Source: a virus. From it: a stretch of DNA of 64,000 nt. Below are positions 21,147 to 29,340 of the stretch, piece after piece (positions within the stretch are counted from its first letter, which is position 1; each line of letters opens with the position of its first letter). The notes beneath the pieces are model-generated. The model had not been told where the DNA came from, searched no databases, and saw nothing but the letters and a program-made list of their open reading frames with translations. The position numbers and the translations under genes were made by a program. The stretch spans positions 1 to 64,000 of IMG/VR virus record IMGVR_UViG_3300009849_000001. One strand, 5' to 3'.

Positions 21147-21869
21147 TTATTCGGTAATAACTTCCATGATTACTATTTCAGGAAGAATTTCTTTTATTTT
21201 TTCTAATTCTTCACCTATAGCCTCATCTTTCATGTCATCAACTAATTCTTTTGCATCAGGAGAAACAAGTTTTATTTGATATGACATAGCGTCTATATAT
21301 AGAGAAACAGGAAATGAAACTTTGTTTTTCCCTTGGAATATAGGCATGTTCAAATAGAAACTTTCCGGTATTGTGTTTTCAATAACCGTTTGCCTTAATG
21401 AGGCTACAACATTAGCCCGATTATCGTCACTTTTTTCTACTTCAGTTTCGACTTTCACTTTCAATTTACTAAGGTCAGCGGCTAAAACTGAAGCTACCTC
21501 CCGATCAGCAAAACAAGATCTGTTCATTTTGATGAATTCAGCTAAATCTTTATGTGACCATGACTTACCAGTATTTATACCAAAAGAAAGAAAATCTGGA
21601 TTCATTGACAATTTACCGGAAACAAAACCACTATAATGATTACACTCATCAATAACAAGACTGATAGTCATTTTCACCCTGTTAACAAGAATATGACACG
21701 TGTCAACCATGGGTGTAATAACATTAAGTCTATATTTAATAAACGTTGTTACCGTTGAGATAATCCCAAGTATGGAAATTTTAACAGGTTCTTTTACTGG
21801 TAGCGCATTTCCTTCTCTTACCACCAATTCCTTTTGCTCCTCTGCTAATACTAATTTAATTCCTTCCAT
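21147..21869 (-). CDS. Hypothetical protein (240 aa)
   Basis: Tiled ORF sharing base 21869 with the upstream gene (TAATG). Confidence 0.65.
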   Translation of the reverse strand: MEGIKLVLAEEQKELVVREGNALPVKEPVKISILGIISTVTTFIKYRLNVITPMVDTCHILVNRVKMTISLVIDECNHYSGFVSGKLSMNPDFLSFGINTGKSWSHKDLAEFIKMNRSCFADREVASVLAADLSKLKVKVETEVEKSDDNRANVVASLRQTVIENTIPESFYLNMPIFQGKNKVSFPVSLYIDAMSYQIKLVSPDAKELVDDMKDEAIGEELEKIKEILPEIVIMEVITE

Positions 21870-22306
21870 TATGAAATCTCCCTATCTTTTGATTCTTGAA
21901 AAACATTTTTTTGCATCTCGTGTGCCTCTAATGGTCGAGAGCTTATGTAATAGCCTACCTGGTCATACATATCCATCATTAAACTTTCATAGTTGGCAAT
22001 TTCAAAAACAATACCAACCACGGTTTTTTGAGAGAATTCAATCTCTGTCATTCTATCAGAGATATCGGTTTTAATCGCCTTGCATTCAGTATTATGAAGC
22101 TTGGTGATTTTCTTGTGTGCTCTTTGTTTCACTGATAGTTCATGTGATTTCTTAAAGAACTCAGATTTAGCAACAACTAACTCATCATCGGCCAATGGGC
22201 GTGTATAAGTTTGGTCCTCTTTAAATGAATAGCACCGATCCTGAATATACTCTGCCCTTTCTTCTTCGGGCATGTTTGGGAATAGCACTTTTTCTACTTT
22301 GTGCAT
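21869..22306 (-). CDS. Hypothetical protein (145 aa), first gene after the long noncoding leader
   Basis: ATG-start ORF, charged globular-looking sequence. Confidence 0.65.
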   Translation of the reverse strand: MHKVEKVLFPNMPEEERAEYIQDRCYSFKEDQTYTRPLADDELVVAKSEFFKKSHELSVKQRAHKKITKLHNTECKAIKTDISDRMTEIEFSQKTVVGIVFEIANYESLMMDMYDQVGYYISSRPLEAHEMQKNVFQESKDREIS

Positions 22307-22714
22307 AATAAAAAGTTTTAGTTAAAAAAAATGAATAATGTTTAGTAGGAGTCGTGGAATTGAACCACCCGTCATAAACCAGTAAATAACGGTACCTAGT
22401 GAACATGGGGAAATATGGAAACCCTGTCAACCTAACCCCTGTGTAGGTGGAGAAAACCCCACCTAACTCATTCAAAAAAACCATTCTCGCCAGATATTGT
22501 GGTCTGAAATATCGATAGTGGCACATGCAAAAAAACAGTAAAGGAAGTGTAAACGAATACACAGTCTTATGGGTATAGACTTTATCTAAAACAACACCTT
22601 TAAAAAAATCAGAGGAGTGGGAAAACCCAAAATGACAGAAAATCAATAAACCCCACCCCTCTAATCAAACTATCCACCTAAAACTATGATTGTCGCATAC
22701 CCAATACAACAACA
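22307..22714 (-). ncRNA. Candidate structured noncoding RNA / long 5' leader of the late operon
   Basis: About 400 nt with no credible ORF, downstream of a TAnnTTTG box. Contains the 10-bp stem 22661-22652/22621-22612, which is perfect only in minus-strand RNA (G.U), the 7-bp hairpin 22444-22465, and a T-loop-like GGTGGTTCAATTCCAC (reverse complement of 22354-22369). Confidence 0.45.
22601..22661 (-). terminator. Promoter-proximal intrinsic terminator-like hairpin plus U-tract
   Basis: Minus-strand RNA GAGGGGUGGG-30 nt-CCCACUCCUC followed by UGAUUUUUUUA, about 50 nt downstream of the predicted transcription start. Confidence 0.5.
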
Positions 22715-22722
22715 CAAATGTA
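22715..22722 (-). promoter_or_regulatory. Putative -7 promoter box (TACATTTG)
   Basis: TAnnTTTG match at the upstream end of the 450-nt noncoding gap. Confidence 0.45.
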
Positions 22723-22756
22723 TGAAAACTTTTATAATAATACTACTTTATCTTAC

Positions 22757-23452
22757 TTATTTTTTCAATAAATCTTGTTCGCTATACTTTTCCACCTGAT
22801 AATCTTCACCATATGGAGGATCATTAGAAATGGGTTTTCCTGAAGCAAGCCTTTCGGCAATGTGTTCAGGAGTTAATTCCAATTCCTCAAAAGTGGCCTG
22901 TTCGTAGAAATCATGTATAAGTTGCTTTGTTTCAGTAGGATAGAAGATTTTAGCCTTTATAGTATCCACCGTATCGGCCATAGTATTAATGGTCTTCATT
23001 ATATTTTCCATAGATTTAGGGTCTGACTCTTCCCCGAATTTTTGAAGCAACTCAAAATGTTTTACTTTATACATCCTGAGGGTTGCAAAGTCAAGATCAT
23101 GAAAGAATGATAGGAATCTTATCACCATATGGTTAATGGTTTTATTTCCTCCAACTATCATTTCATCAACATCCTCTCTAAATGCCCCACCGGCACTTTT
23201 CCTGAACCCTGCCAATGTAGCAGCCTCCATTTTCATCATCAAGATATTTTCAATCTTATCAGGAAGCGGACTGCCTTTATCGTAAGCTAAACAAATATAT
23301 CGTATAACCTTTTCCTTATCCAGATCCCCAACCGACAACCCAAATATGTCTGGATGGTCCTTAAAGTCCGGAAATGACTTAATTAAGTTTTTACTTTTAT
23401 TTTTCCAGACATTGTACTTCATGGATGCAAAATCCCCGTCAATCCATTCCAT
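22757..23452 (-). CDS. Hypothetical protein (231 aa)
   Basis: Tiled ATG ORF. No motif recognised. Confidence 0.65.
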   Translation of the reverse strand: MEWIDGDFASMKYNVWKNKSKNLIKSFPDFKDHPDIFGLSVGDLDKEKVIRYICLAYDKGSPLPDKIENILMMKMEAATLAGFRKSAGGAFREDVDEMIVGGNKTINHMVIRFLSFFHDLDFATLRMYKVKHFELLQKFGEESDPKSMENIMKTINTMADTVDTIKAKIFYPTETKQLIHDFYEQATFEELELTPEHIAERLASGKPISNDPPYGEDYQVEKYSEQDLLKK

Positions 23453-23453
23453 A

Positions 23454-24494
23454 CTATACCTCCTCTTTTACGGTAGGAGTCTTCCACCAGTCAAGGGAAT
23501 TAACAGGGACCTTCCTGTAGGTCTTCCCCTCAAAATCTATCTCTTTGGAATGGATGCTATAAGACACCTCTGATCCTATTTCAAGACCTTTGTAGTCGCT
23601 AAGATTAATACCGGCACCGATCTTACGAACAATACCTATGTTCCCTCTTTCTGCTGAAATAGGAATAATAATACCACCGCTAGTTGTTTCGTTGGTGATT
23701 GGCTCTACATACAGTTGAGCTGGTGAAATGTTAATGTCTTGTAAACTCATGTTTTTATTTTTACTTGAACAATCTATGTTTTTTCTTTGACAAATAATAA
23801 AATTGGTTTTACCATCGAACTGAAGGTACTTTGAATCCTCTAACCTGATAATATGCTTTGGAAGTTCTACGTATATACCAGGATGAATATTAATACAATC
23901 CGAATAAGAGTCGATATCGTAGTAATCATTAGGCCTACCAGAATGAATAACTTCTCCAAATCCCGTGGGAACTTCTTTGCTGAATGATTGAAACCCTTGT
24001 GTTTCAAACAATTCTTTAATGAGAATATAACCATTCAAACAAATGATATCCTCACCAAAATCAAAGCCACTATACAAAGGGTTAAATGGTCTTTTAGCCA
24101 CAATGAACTTAGCGTAATTAACTAGGAAGTATCTTTCACCATCACAGATATAAACCTTTGAATCAATATTGTTATCTATAATAACTGCCTCCGGGCTAAC
24201 CCATGCGATATCCCCAACTTGTAATTGCATCTCAGTACTCCACCTTATAGTCTCTAAATGCTTATCCTGAACACCGTCACCAATACATCCAAATACAGTA
24301 GGGACTTTTATAACCTCAACTATCCTATTAGAGGACTCGGATTTATCGAAGCTTTGGATATGAATACTACCAGACTTCCTTGTGTCAAGAATGGTTTTAA
24401 CAAGGATCATATTAAACCCCGTTTTTATTGACATTATATCATCAATACGGGTAATTAACGTATCATCCTCAAATTTATAATCAGAGTCGTGCAT
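23454..24494 (-). CDS. Hypothetical protein (346 aa) with a possible GroES-like C-terminal segment
   Basis: GGIIIPISAERGNIGIVRKIGAGINLSDYKGLEIGSEVSY resembles the GroES/Hsp10 core pattern from memory. Weak. Confidence 0.6.
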   Translation of the reverse strand: MHDSDYKFEDDTLITRIDDIMSIKTGFNMILVKTILDTRKSGSIHIQSFDKSESSNRIVEVIKVPTVFGCIGDGVQDKHLETIRWSTEMQLQVGDIAWVSPEAVIIDNNIDSKVYICDGERYFLVNYAKFIVAKRPFNPLYSGFDFGEDIICLNGYILIKELFETQGFQSFSKEVPTGFGEVIHSGRPNDYYDIDSYSDCINIHPGIYVELPKHIIRLEDSKYLQFDGKTNFIICQRKNIDCSSKNKNMSLQDINISPAQLYVEPITNETTSGGIIIPISAERGNIGIVRKIGAGINLSDYKGLEIGSEVSYSIHSKEIDFEGKTYRKVPVNSLDWWKTPTVKEEV

Positions 24495-24729
24495 ACTTAT
24501 TGTCTTTATAAATTAAATACTTTTTACCTTTGATAACATAGTAGGAACAACGCCTGAAAATCCGCAGATCTCCAACCGTAAGTAATACATATCTCACCTT
24601 CTCAAAAAATGAAAGCTTAAGCCATTGAGAGTAATTGTATTTGGTGCAACTAAGATTAACCCCCATATATGTAAACACCACGTAATCGTTTAAGTTATCA
24701 GAAACATTTTTCTTATTTTGCTCTTCCAT
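24481..24729 (-). CDS. Hypothetical protein (82 aa)
   Basis: Tiled ORF, 14-nt overlap with the downstream gene. Confidence 0.55.
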   Translation of the reverse strand: MEEQNKKNVSDNLNDYVVFTYMGVNLSCTKYNYSQWLKLSFFEKVRYVLLTVGDLRIFRRCSYYVIKGKKYLIYKDNKYARL

Positions 24730-24838
24730 CTTTTACCGTAAAAAAATACACCAATCTCCAAAGGGCTTAAGGGGAATGAAAGCGATAACAAACCCCATAA
24801 ACCAAATTGAAGAATAAGTGCATTTCAAAGTTATAACA

Positions 24839-25336
24839 TTATTCTAAATCCTCAATTCTTTCAGCAAGAGTATTCGCATAATATTCCATGCCGTTTAATT
24901 GCTTTTTTAGTAGATCCTGCTGAGTGTTGCTAATAGCTTTAAAATTATCACTACCGATAAAATCGGTAATAAAGTCGATTTTTAAAGACAAATCATGTTC
25001 TTCAACCACAAGACTGTCCATCGAAGTTTCTTCCTTTGCATCCACAACAAACCAATCCTCTGCAAATGTATCAGAACTACTAGCTACCCATGAATCTACA
25101 CGGCCGTCAGGTTGAACCAAGGCCATTTGGTTAGAGTACTTTAGGGTAGTCTCTAATTTTAACATGTGTTCTTTAGCAGGTGCAGGAACACTTTGCATTT
25201 TTGGAATGATCTCCAAAGGAATTTCAGTAGGGATTTGTCTGAAAACAAACATTCCACTCTTGTTCCAACCAGTTCTGGCAATAATCTCACCTCTCTTTAA
25301 AGCTTCAATAGCTTCACCGTAATTTAAATTTTTCAT
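24839..25336 (-). CDS. DUF2829 (Tad2-like) protein with a C-terminal helical extension (165 aa)
   Basis: LNYGEAIEALKRGEIIARTGWNKSGMFVF...VQPDGRVDSWVASSSDTFAEDWFVV matches the DUF2829 pattern. An extra 65 aa follow it. Paralogue at 47453-47752. Confidence 0.75.
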   Translation of the reverse strand: MKNLNYGEAIEALKRGEIIARTGWNKSGMFVFRQIPTEIPLEIIPKMQSVPAPAKEHMLKLETTLKYSNQMALVQPDGRVDSWVASSSDTFAEDWFVVDAKEETSMDSLVVEEHDLSLKIDFITDFIGSDNFKAISNTQQDLLKKQLNGMEYYANTLAERIEDLE

Positions 25337-25655
25337 TTTTCTCTATTAATTTTTGTTTAGCAAGTCCTTTATTAGGATTGCTCTGGTAATATTTAAGTTG
25401 CTTATTAATCCTACTGATACTAAGCAATAACTTCTTATTCTTGCGCTGAAGTTCAATAAGCTCACTTTTACACTCCAATAATTCCTTTATCTGAATTAAA
25501 GCACGTCCGGCTCTCCTGAAATTTAAATTGAATTGAGCCATCATTAAAGGGATGGTAATACCATAACCGCTATTTTCACAGAAAAACCGGATTATTTCTT
25601 TCAGCCGTTCTTCTGGCATGCTGTGGAATTTTTCATCTGCTTCCTCTTTAGTCAT
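25314..25655 (-). CDS. Hypothetical protein (113 aa)
   Basis: Tiled ORF. Confidence 0.6.
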   Translation of the reverse strand: MTKEEADEKFHSMPEERLKEIIRFFCENSGYGITIPLMMAQFNLNFRRAGRALIQIKELLECKSELIELQRKNKKLLLSISRINKQLKYYQSNPNKGLAKQKLIEKNEKFKLR

Positions 25656-26223
25656 CCAAATCCCTTTCCTTCATTTTATTGAACTTATTCAGGTTGGTTT
25701 TATGGATAGCCCTTTTCCTTCTTTCTTCGGACAAAGAATTTATTTTTTCTTCTATGGTAGAATCAAGTCTCTTTATCTGTCTATTAATTTTGCCTATGGC
25801 TTTATCAAGAGCTTCACGCTTTGTTTTGAAATGACTCTCATTATACATCATGTAACCATCATGTGTTGTATTAGGCCACCCGTAATGAGCACAATAACTT
25901 TTGATTATAATCCCATTCTTCTCATACCATACCGGTTTTGCATTCTTAATAATATCGTTCTTGCTAATAAGAATGTCAAGCTCTCCCGATGAGGATAACT
26001 CTTCTAACTTCTTAGAAATTAGATGTATCTCTCTTCTAATCCCAAGGTTTTCTACGTAATTAGATTCTCTTGAATATGGGCTTAAGAGGGAAGTTATCTT
26101 CTTTGACTCGATATCATATCTCACACAATCATGAAACACAACACTCTCAACCTGTATGTATGTGTCATTATATGACACTACAAAATCTGTATCCAAAATC
26201 TTCTTTAATTCAATTGCTCTCAT
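25648..26223 (-). CDS. Hypothetical protein (191 aa)
   Basis: Tiled ORF with a coiled-coil-like C-terminus. Confidence 0.6.
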   Translation of the reverse strand: MRAIELKKILDTDFVVSYNDTYIQVESVVFHDCVRYDIESKKITSLLSPYSRESNYVENLGIRREIHLISKKLEELSSSGELDILISKNDIIKNAKPVWYEKNGIIIKSYCAHYGWPNTTHDGYMMYNESHFKTKREALDKAIGKINRQIKRLDSTIEEKINSLSEERRKRAIHKTNLNKFNKMKERDLDD

Positions 26224-26243
26224 TTAACTGATTTTTTAATTGT

Positions 26244-26969
26244 TTATTTTAATTCCTTTAAGGCTTTACCGTGTCTTCTGTGCCATTCTTTGCGCAAAAC
26301 TATCAACATTTCATCTTGAGTTTTAATGTATCCCATGTCAATTAGAGAGGTCGTCAGCTTTTCTAATTCATGTAATTTTTTTAATTGATCTTCAGAGGCT
26401 TCATTCCTAATAGCAGTCGCATGCTTGTTAAATATAACGTAATTCAAAGCTTTGGCAGATTTACAGTAATCAACGTCCTTGAAATTATTTCTCATTGAAA
26501 TAGATAATTCCTTATAGAAGTTACCTGCTTCAATTCTATTAATGATAAGCTTGTCTGCAAGCCATACAACAACCTTAGCGTACAATACAGGATTCAACTC
26601 CATTGCTATAAGAACCCATACGTAAGGATTAGCCCATACCGATGTGTTTTTACGTGCTCCCTTGGTTACGTAAAGATTATATTTTTTTAATAGTTTAGTT
26701 GGGGTAATACTTTCAGATTCCTGCATGAACGTATCAAGGCTGTTCTTTGTCAAATTCTGTTCCTTGGATATATAGTAAAACCTTTCTAGGTTCACTTTAT
26801 TCGTGACAATATCTGAAATTCTTTTATCACACCAACCGTTTTCAATCCTAGCTCGTGTATATGCTTCCTGCAAATCTGTTACATTTAGCATTCCAGTAAA
26901 ACTTTCTTGTCTTATTGTAATTCCAAACAACTCCCTGTCTGAACTACTAACTACTACATTTGTTTTCAT
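26244..26969 (-). CDS. KilA-N-like domain protein (241 aa from ATG 26969)
   Basis: ITIRQESFTGMLNVTDLQEAY...WANPYVWVLIAMELNPVLYAKVVVWL parallels the KilA-N gene at 11721. The track start at 27038 adds an implausible hydrophobic leader. Confidence 0.55.
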   Translation of the reverse strand: MKTNVVVSSSDRELFGITIRQESFTGMLNVTDLQEAYTRARIENGWCDKRISDIVTNKVNLERFYYISKEQNLTKNSLDTFMQESESITPTKLLKKYNLYVTKGARKNTSVWANPYVWVLIAMELNPVLYAKVVVWLADKLIINRIEAGNFYKELSISMRNNFKDVDYCKSAKALNYVIFNKHATAIRNEASEDQLKKLHELEKLTTSLIDMGYIKTQDEMLIVLRKEWHRRHGKALKELK

Positions 26970-27076
26970 CCTATAAAGGTATGTTTTTATTTTCACAATA
27001 AAAACCATTAATGTAAATTGCATGTTAATATATTGCAAATTACAACAATCTGTGTTTGTGTTGTTTATGCGATGAA

Positions 27077-27094
27077 AACGGGAATTCCCGTTTA
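27077..27094. repeat. Perfect 18-bp palindrome (AAACGGGAATTCCCGTTT)
   Basis: Seen directly. Overlaps the stop of the 46-aa KilA-N fragment. Possible terminator or protein-binding site. Confidence 0.8.
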
Positions 27095-27232
27095 TATAAC
27101 ATACTGATTATCAGTGTGTAAAAAATGCTTTACCTCCTTACCTGATTTCTCTTTTTTATTCCACTGTTTTAAAAGATCAGTAGCGTTAAAAAACCCGTCT
27201 TTTGTTCTTTGAGTGATATTAAAATCACCCAT
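27092..27232 (-). CDS. 46-aa KilA-N N-terminal fragment (truncated paralogue, possibly a gene remnant)
   Basis: Below the ORF-track size cut-off. MGDFNITQRTKDGFFNATDLLKQWNKKEKSGKEV... matches IQRTKDGYFNATNLLNSWN of the gene at 11721, with nucleotide-level similarity too. Its ATG overlaps the upstream stop (ATGGGTGA). Confidence 0.45.
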   Translation of the reverse strand: MGDFNITQRTKDGFFNATDLLKQWNKKEKSGKEVKHFLHTDNQYVI

Positions 27233-27458
27233 TTTTCTTAATAAATTCTGATTTGTTTTCATTTAACTGCTTTTTTAATTGTTCATTTTCACTCTCTAAC
27301 TTGAATATTCTCTCCTTTAACTTTTCTTTAGTTTCAGGAATGATGTAAGGACTACACACACAGAAATCAATACTACCATGAACAGCCACACTCATACATC
27401 CGGGGATGAGGACCATATCACCGTTTTCAGGATCCTTTACGTAATGACACTTACTCAT
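27225..27458 (-). CDS. Hypothetical small Cys-containing protein (77 aa)
   Basis: Tiled ORF. Confidence 0.6.
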   Translation of the reverse strand: MSKCHYVKDPENGDMVLIPGCMSVAVHGSIDFCVCSPYIIPETKEKLKERIFKLESENEQLKKQLNENKSEFIKKNG

Positions 27459-28059
27459 GACACTCTGCTATCATGTACATTAACTTATCAATACCAAGGC
27501 AATGTTTAGGGGAATGTTTAGGATTGGTATATATGTTACGTTTAAGATATTCTTTGCGATGAGGCGAAGTCTTTTCAAAAAACCTATTTTTTAAAGAATT
27601 ACTCGATACAAAAACCTCAATGAAAATATGATCATTAAACTCTGCTGTCATACTATAGTCCTCCTGTTCCTCAAAGTTTAATTCCTCGAATATAGATTCC
27701 TCAATACTGTAAATACCATCTTTCTTGTATTTATATGGACCACTACGAAGACTGTCAATACACCTAACAATCTTTTTTGATTGCAGGTTGTTGACTATCG
27801 TTTGTTTAATGAAATCCACCTTATCTAAGATGTTATTAATCGATTCATCATTATGAAACACGGGTTCAGTACCATACATAGAGATTGGGAAAACCTCTAT
27901 GTAATCACTTAAAGATACGTAATCACACTCTCCCCTGTCATTACCATACTCTAAACTTATCAACTCTTCATCATTAGGATGAGGTTGTTTATACTTGTAA
28001 GGTGTGTTGAGCTTAAACCCGTCCTCTTCACCTCCTATTTTCACGAAATACCTGTCCAT
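27451..28059 (-). CDS. Hypothetical protein (202 aa)
   Basis: Tiled ORF. Confidence 0.6.
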   Translation of the reverse strand: MDRYFVKIGGEEDGFKLNTPYKYKQPHPNDEELISLEYGNDRGECDYVSLSDYIEVFPISMYGTEPVFHNDESINNILDKVDFIKQTIVNNLQSKKIVRCIDSLRSGPYKYKKDGIYSIEESIFEELNFEEQEDYSMTAEFNDHIFIEVFVSSNSLKNRFFEKTSPHRKEYLKRNIYTNPKHSPKHCLGIDKLMYMIAECHE

Positions 28060-28084
28060 TGCTTTTGTTATTAATTACATTTAA

Positions 28085-28276
28085 TTATTTATTCTTTAGG
28101 TCTTTAAAATGTGAAATTATTTTTTGAATAAGGCTCTTGTTTTTATACTCATTAAACTCAGCCTTTAAATCCTCAAGTGATTTTTTTAAATCTCCACATT
28201 GGCTATCTATTACACGAGATTGTATTTTAATCCGAAACTTCAAATCCTCAATTATCTTATCCTTATCCTTTGACAT
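28085..28276 (-). CDS. Hypothetical coiled-coil protein (63 aa)
   Basis: Tiled ORF. Confidence 0.5.
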   Translation of the reverse strand: MSKDKDKIIEDLKFRIKIQSRVIDSQCGDLKKSLEDLKAEFNEYKNKSLIQKIISHFKDLKNK

Positions 28277-28610
28277 TTGGTAGGTTTTTGTCGTAAATAA
28301 ACGAAATTGTTTTTGTTGTAACCTCTTTATCTTCCAGATCTTCTGTTAGGAATGCTATCATAACCCTTTCACCACCATTAACAAGTGTTGTTATTGCCAT
28401 TCCTACATTTTCTGTTTCAACTTGATCATCCGGGTGCGGATTAGCCATTGTTAATGGGGAACCACTTAAAAACTCAACCATATTGACCATTTGTTCAGGA
28501 GTGATTTTTATCACAACTTGCGAAATCTTAAATTCTGCAGTTAAACCAATTAATGAATTGAAATAGGGTGCTGCATTAACACCTTTTGAATTTAAATAAA
28601 TTACTTTCAT
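28263..28610 (-). CDS. Hypothetical protein (115 aa)
   Basis: Tiled ORF. Confidence 0.6.
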   Translation of the reverse strand: MKVIYLNSKGVNAAPYFNSLIGLTAEFKISQVVIKITPEQMVNMVEFLSGSPLTMANPHPDDQVETENVGMAITTLVNGGERVMIAFLTEDLEDKEVTTKTISFIYDKNLPNVKG

Positions 28611-28612
28611 TA

Positions 28613-29029
28613 CTATATTTTTTTTGATTTGATAATCATTTTAATTGACGAAACAATCTTTAATTGCTCATCTTCATCAGCATTCCTACATAATTCAATT
28701 AAATCATTCAAGAAATCACTACTATCAGCCAGTAAATCGAATTGCTTTGAAGTGAAATTACGCGTTGCCTCTTTCCTCATAAACTTTGAATGTCGGTTAA
28801 TCTCTTTTGCATGAAGATCTTTTTGCAAGGCGAAATTCCCTGTTTTGTTAAGCATCTCAGCCATATATGACACCCTACCCTCTATCATATCCGAAAGAAA
28901 ACAGATTATAGATATATTCATTGCTAATACGGTGGGGTCTATGCCACTTTCTTTAAGTTTATTCAACTTCTCTACTGACGAATTGTTCTTGTTTGCATTT
29001 TCTGCCTGTCTTAATGCTGCTCTACCCAT
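28613..29029 (-). CDS. Hypothetical protein (138 aa)
   Basis: Tiled ORF. Confidence 0.6.
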   Translation of the reverse strand: MGRAALRQAENANKNNSSVEKLNKLKESGIDPTVLAMNISIICFLSDMIEGRVSYMAEMLNKTGNFALQKDLHAKEINRHSKFMRKEATRNFTSKQFDLLADSSDFLNDLIELCRNADEDEQLKIVSSIKMIIKSKKI

Positions 29030-29031
29030 TA

Positions 29032-29328
29032 CTATTTTGCTTTAATTGTTATAACTATGCTTACTGCATCTAAATCCATTTTGAGGCATTTAACCTTCCA
29101 AAAATGGGTACCGTCACAATGAATACACCTACCAATAAGCCTATCTCTATTTGTTTTTGATATGTGATCAAGGGCCTCTTCAAACTTTTCTTTGTTTTTC
29201 ACCTTGTCAATACTCATACGTTTATCGATAGGAAGAACTATGAGTAAATATTCTACAATCTTAAAAAGTAGTTTGTCATTTTGTATTTCATCATCGAAAG
29301 ATTTTATTCTATCTTGTAATTCACTCAT
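29032..29328 (-). CDS. Hypothetical protein (98 aa)
   Basis: Tiled ORF. Confidence 0.55.
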   Translation of the reverse strand: MSELQDRIKSFDDEIQNDKLLFKIVEYLLIVLPIDKRMSIDKVKNKEKFEEALDHISKTNRDRLIGRCIHCDGTHFWKVKCLKMDLDAVSIVITIKAK

Positions 29329-29340
29329 AATGAATATGTT

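Noticed and set aside
22354-22369. tRNA or tmRNA suggested by the T-arm-like GGTGGTTCAATTCCAC on the minus strand
   Set aside because: I could not find a complementary 5' acceptor strand for the 3' ACTCCTA. There is no D-arm or anticodon arm at tRNA spacing, and no CCA or tmRNA-like 5' end. It is kept only as a motif inside the candidate ncRNA.
22221-22646. 141-codon minus-strand ORF covering most of the 22.3-22.7 kb gap
   Set aside because: It starts with TTG. Its composition is aromatic/Phe-rich and not protein-like. It overlaps the next gene's start by 86 nt and spans strong RNA hairpins. The interval is better explained as a noncoding leader or ncRNA.
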